Virus record (IMG/VR): IMGVR_UViG_3300035039_000082
Coordinates: 39,999-103,998 of that record
Length of the DNA stretch: 64,000 nucleotides
Origin: a virus
Direction: 5' to 3' (one strand)
Shown here: one piece after another, positions 60,399 to 64,000 of the stretch
How the letters are laid out: each line of letters begins with the position of its first letter
Numbering within the stretch: position 1 is the first letter of the stretch
Position numbers and translations under genes: made by a program
Notes under the pieces: generated by a model
Told to the model about the DNA's origin: nothing
Database searches by the model: none
What the model saw: only the letters and a program-made list of their open reading frames with translations

Positions 60399-60841
60399 AC
60401 TGTCAAAAACTCATATAATTCTTTTAATTCTTTTTTATGTGGATGATCTTCTTTAATAATTATATATTTATAATATTTAGGATTTAAATATATTAACCAT
60501 TGGTACATATTAAAAGATAATGATTGATTAGAAGTTATTAAAAATGTTTTCATTAATATATGATTTTTCTTCTTTTGAAATAATAATTGCAATATATCTT
60601 CTGGAATAAAATCATCATATAATATATTTAATAATTCAATAAACATTTGATCATATATTCTAATATCATTTAATATCATAATTATATTTTTCTGTATATC
60701 ATAATTATATTCTTGAAAATTTTGTCCATATTGAGTATTATTTTGAATGTAATTTAAAAATTTTTGTTTTGCAAATTGAACGTGCATTCGATAATTCTCT
60801 GTAATAAAATTTTGCATAGCATCCCATTGTGTTTTATTCAT
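60395..60841 (-). CDS. ELYEFL-tail family protein
   Basis: Ends HKKELKELYEFLTV; promoter motif ~60875-60905. Confidence 0.7.
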   Translation of the reverse strand: MNKTQWDAMQNFITENYRMHVQFAKQKFLNYIQNNTQYGQNFQEYNYDIQKNIIMILNDIRIYDQMFIELLNILYDDFIPEDILQLLFQKKKNHILMKTFLITSNQSLSFNMYQWLIYLNPKYYKYIIIKEDHPHKKELKELYEFLTV

Positions 60842-60922
60842 ATTATTTCCTTTTTAAATTATAAAAGATTATTTATATTATTTATATATTAAATTTGACA
60901 ATATTAAATAAAAATAGGATAT

Positions 60923-61126
60923 TTGATCATGTCTATTTATTGTAAAGATTGTTCTGAATTAATAACGAAAATAAATAAGTTTGGTGTAACTAGTTATTGT
61001 AAAAAATTTAATGAATATTTAAGAGAAGTCCCAATGGATAATAATATTATTAAATATCCAATTAAATGTTTAGAATGTATTAATCAAGAAAATAAAAAAA
61101 GGTTAAATTATGATTTCAGTAAATAA
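60923..61126 (+). CDS. Small Cys-rich protein
   Basis: CKDC...C...KCLEC. Confidence 0.55.
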   Translation: MIMSIYCKDCSELITKINKFGVTSYCKKFNEYLREVPMDNNIIKYPIKCLECINQENKKRLNYDFSK

Positions 61127-61463
61127 ATTATTTGAATTTACAGAAGAGACTCAAGAAAGAAAATCAGTTCAAAGTTTTTTAAATAAAACAAATCCAGAAC
61201 CAAATTTAAATGACAATTATAAATCTAAATTTAATGAAATAACTATTTTATGTAATAATGCGACGGCATATGAATCGTTAGTTCCTCTTTTAAAATATAT
61301 TGCAAGAAATGGAAATCCTGGTCATTCTTTTGATATAATTGTTGATCCAGATAGTTCAGAAAATAAAAGATCTTTTGAATTTGATGGTGATGGAGCACAT
61401 TTTATCAAACAAATAAAATTAAATTCTGTTGATATTAATAAAATTATTAAAGACGAAAAATAA
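61110..61463 (+). CDS. Hypothetical protein with MISxxxLF N-terminus
   Basis: MISVNKLFE; GNPGHSFDIIVDP. Confidence 0.6.
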   Translation: MISVNKLFEFTEETQERKSVQSFLNKTNPEPNLNDNYKSKFNEITILCNNATAYESLVPLLKYIARNGNPGHSFDIIVDPDSSENKRSFEFDGDGAHFIKQIKLNSVDINKIIKDEK

Positions 61464-61485
61464 TTATTCTTTTGGAGTTTATATT

Positions 61486-61902
61486 ATGGACCAAAATAGA
61501 TTATTAAGAACAATTGAAACATATAGACCATATAATAAATTTCCATATATGTGTTCTTCTGGTGAATCTATTATTGGTATTGGAAGACCTTTGTGTAATG
61601 GTGTTCGATATAGAGAAGCAAGATTTATGCTTAAAAATGATATAGATGAGTGTCGTTGGGATCTTCAAAAAATATTTATAGATCAATTTGATATTTTACC
61701 CGATTATATTCAAGAAGTTTTGTTATATATGAGATTTCATTTAGGTTTAGATAAATTTCAAGAATTTGAAAAATTTATTAATGCTGTTAAAGGATGGGAT
61801 TTTGTTTATACTTCTAATGAATTATTAAATTCTAAATGGGCAAAACAAAATTCAGAAATAGTTAAAAAATTAGCTAATATAATTTGTTATAATTGGAAAT
61901 AA
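61486..61902 (+). CDS. T4-type lysozyme-like protein, catalytic Glu apparently lost
   Basis: PY.CSSG..IIGIGR.L, EA.FML.ND, ELLNSKWAKQ; ETYRP in place of the HEG motif. Confidence 0.7.
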   Translation: MDQNRLLRTIETYRPYNKFPYMCSSGESIIGIGRPLCNGVRYREARFMLKNDIDECRWDLQKIFIDQFDILPDYIQEVLLYMRFHLGLDKFQEFEKFINAVKGWDFVYTSNELLNSKWAKQNSEIVKKLANIICYNWK

Positions 61903-62087
61903 CTATGACATACTATGATTATAGAGATCAATGCGGCAATTGGAATTATTCAGATAATAAGATTAAATTAAAAGAGCAAGAAAAAGAAGCAATATTAAAT
62001 TTAAAAAAAGAATTATTAGATAAAAGTGAACCACTTTCATCTCATTTTTCTAAGACAGTTGATAAACATTTTTGGGAATTATTTTAA
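61893..62087 (+). CDS. Small hypothetical protein
   Basis: 64-aa ORF. Confidence 0.5.
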   Translation: MEITMTYYDYRDQCGNWNYSDNKIKLKEQEKEAILNLKKELLDKSEPLSSHFSKTVDKHFWELF

Positions 62088-62136
62088 TTAAATAATTTGC
62101 CGCTTTCAAAAAATTAAATAGGAATTATTATATATT

Positions 62137-62961
62137 ATGAGTTATAAATTAACAAAGCAATTTATAAATCGTTCAATCACAGTAAATCAAATTCCAGCCG
62201 AAGCATTAGAACGAATGGTTACTGTTACTAACGAGACTGAAAAATTTAATTTAACTATTGATACAGTCCAGAATGGGGATACTGTATATCAATCAGATAC
62301 AAAATTAATGTATCGAGTTATAGATCATAATAATTTAGATAATTCAGCTGGGTATCAAGTTTATAATGGGGCGGTTTATTGGAATAATGTAAGAGAAAAA
62401 CCATTTGAAATAGTTGAAAATGAAAATAATTTTACTATAGCAGGTGGAACAGACAATGAGAAAACCTTAACTGTTGATGAAACAAAATCTATTTCTAGTA
62501 AAGTAGATAAAGTTACGGGGTCTTCTTTAGTAGTAGATACAGAAATTTCTAAGATCCACACCCAAAACACCGACACCAGCCTTGACCTTGGTGGTACTAA
62601 CCCTGTCACTGCTGCCGAGCTTGCAACACTGAGAGACACGACTGTTCCGGCCAAAGTCGACAAACTTATCCTCGAAACCGCAGAAAAAACAGCCGATTAC
62701 ACCCTGGCTGACGGCGATCAAGATAAGATTGTCCTGATGAACAAAACCGGGGCAGCGAACTTGACAGTACCCACAAATGCAGCAGTGGCATTTTCAATAG
62801 GCACAATCATCGGTGTTTACAACATTTCATCTGATGCTGTAACCATCGCTGGTGATGCTGGTGTGACTGTTCGCAATGCCGGTGACCTGGCCCAGTATGG
62901 CGAAGTGTCGCTCAGGAAAAGAGCAACGGATGAATGGGTGTTGGCGGGAGCTGTGTCATGA
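62137..62961 (+). CDS. Putative tail fibre/virion protein, compositionally mosaic
   Basis: C-terminal TADYTL..D....V.MN....LTVP......G....GVTV domain; GC content rises from ~62560. Confidence 0.65.
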   Translation: MSYKLTKQFINRSITVNQIPAEALERMVTVTNETEKFNLTIDTVQNGDTVYQSDTKLMYRVIDHNNLDNSAGYQVYNGAVYWNNVREKPFEIVENENNFTIAGGTDNEKTLTVDETKSISSKVDKVTGSSLVVDTEISKIHTQNTDTSLDLGGTNPVTAAELATLRDTTVPAKVDKLILETAEKTADYTLADGDQDKIVLMNKTGAANLTVPTNAAVAFSIGTIIGVYNISSDAVTIAGDAGVTVRNAGDLAQYGEVSLRKRATDEWVLAGAVS

Positions 62962-64000
62962 GATTAAGAAGAGCGTCAATATTAAATGCTGGATTGCTTC
63001 CACCAACAAATGTAACTGCAGAAGTATCTGGATCAGATATTATTGTATCTTGGACAGCAGCAAATTTTGTAGACGGCTACCACGTGTATCAGCAGATCGA
63101 TGGCGGCACCTGGACCAAACTCAACGCCACGGCAACGACTGACCTGACATATACCCTGACCCCAACCGAACCCGGCGAGTATAACTTTTACGTCACAAGT
63201 GTCCGTGGCACAAAAGAGTCTGCCCCGTCTGCTGAGACGCTGCTTGATGATGTCTTTTATTTCGCTGTCAACTCCACCCAAACCATCAGTGGCCTATTCT
63301 CCACCACCGGAGAAATCACAGTCCATTGGGGCGACGGAACAAGCAACACCTATAACGGTACAGATCAAGCATGGTCCAAGGATTACGGATCAGCAGTTGA
63401 CGAACTGGTTGTGATAGAAGGGTCAGATTATATCACTAAATTCACAATGTACCAAAGTGGTGCTGACATCTCCTTTGATTTAGGACACTTGCCTACAAAC
63501 TTGACGTACTTCCTCTGCTACGGATCGAACACCATTAGTGGGTCTTTAGCTGACCTTCCAAGTGGCCTGACGTACTTCAACTGCACCGGATTGAACACTG
63601 TGAGTGGGTCTTTAGCTGACCTTCCGGCTGGTCTGACGATCTTCAACTGCTACGGATCGAATACCGTCTCAGGATCTTTAGGTGACCTTCCGAGTGGCCT
63701 GACGTACTTCCTCTGCCAAGGATTGAATACCGTGAGTGGGTCTTTGGCTGACCTTCCAAGTGGCCTGACGTACTTCAACTGCTACGGATTGAATACCATC
63801 GACACCTATACAACCCGTACATGGACCACTAAGCCTTCTACTTTTGTATTCGTTCCAGTATCTCCGGGTGGCCTCTCTGAAACAGAAATCAACCAGCTTT
63901 TAGTGGATCTGGATGAAGACCTGGAGTGGACATCTGGAACTATTACGTTGACAGGAACCAATGCAGCACCGACTGGAGTAGGGCTTACGGCAGCGAATAA
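62958..64000 (+). CDS. Putative receptor-binding protein: FN3-like, PKD-like and LRR regions (3' truncated; not in ORF track)
   Basis: ATGA overlap; open frame to window end; PPTNVTA..VSW..YHVY, VHWGDG, 22-aa DLPSGLTYFxCxGxNTVSGSL repeats. Confidence 0.8.
   Translation, partial: MRLRRASILNAGLLPPTNVTAEVSGSDIIVSWTAANFVDGYHVYQQIDGGTWTKLNATATTDLTYTLTPTEPGEYNFYVTSVRGTKESAPSAETLLDDVFYFAVNSTQTISGLFSTTGEITVHWGDGTSNTYNGTDQAWSKDYGSAVDELVVIEGSDYITKFTMYQSGADISFDLGHLPTNLTYFLCYGSNTISGSLADLPSGLTYFNCTGLNTVSGSLADLPAGLTIFNCYGSNTVSGSLGDLPSGLTYFLCQGLNTVSGSLADLPSGLTYFNCYGLNTIDTYTTRTWTTKPSTFVFVPVSPGGLSETEINQLLVDLDEDLEWTSGTITLTGTNAAPTGVGLTAAN
63486..63800 (+). repeat. 66-nt (22-aa) LRR tandem repeats, four full and one partial
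   Basis: Units start at 63486, 63552, 63618, 63684 and 63750. Confidence 0.9.

Noticed and set aside
9193-61686. Antisense or overlapping ORFs 9193..9381, 10666..10914, 26220..26426, 38722..38943, 40987..41175, 57208..57444, 61504..61686
   Set aside because: They lie opposite well-supported genes and have no RBS or motifs.
62376-63414. ORFs 62376..62663, 62527..62721, 62876..63142, 63033..63281, 63199..63414
   Set aside because: Shadows of GC-rich coding sequence; the real gene is the open frame from 62958 to the window end.
63486-63800. CRISPR array
   Set aside because: 66-nt in-frame coding repeats with no unique spacers.

Overview
Strongly AT-rich segment of a jumbo bacteriophage genome of the phiKZ/AR9-like type; standard code 11 reads the long genes intact. 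Left part (1-25.3 kb): a family B DNA polymerase with an intein and a group I intron only 16 nt apart. It also carries four split RNA polymerase subunits (beta'-N, beta'-C, beta-C, beta-N) interrupted by five more group I introns. I reconstructed all six splice junctions from P1/IGS pairing and restored protein motifs. FolE2, NADAR, an ART-like protein, RNase HI, LigA, SSB and a lytic transglycosylase are also here. Middle (25.3-43.5 kb): several promoter- and terminator-bounded structured non-coding RNAs, an 8-gene sulfotransferase/glycosyltransferase/UDP-sulfoquinovose synthase cluster, KdsB, putative virion and lysis genes. Right part (43.5-64 kb): a mostly minus-strand hypervariable region with 20 small proteins sharing a C-terminal ELYEFL-type tail. 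Plus-strand genes with a shared N-terminal M[LI]Sxxx[LI][FY] motif are interleaved. The window ends in GC-richer tail-fibre-like genes with 22-aa LRRs. Two recurring DNA motifs stand out: a bipartite ATATTC-n-TATATAAAT promoter-like motif and a strand-biased TTTTYGCCGCTTMCAAAA motif. All family calls come from manual motif recognition; no searches were run.
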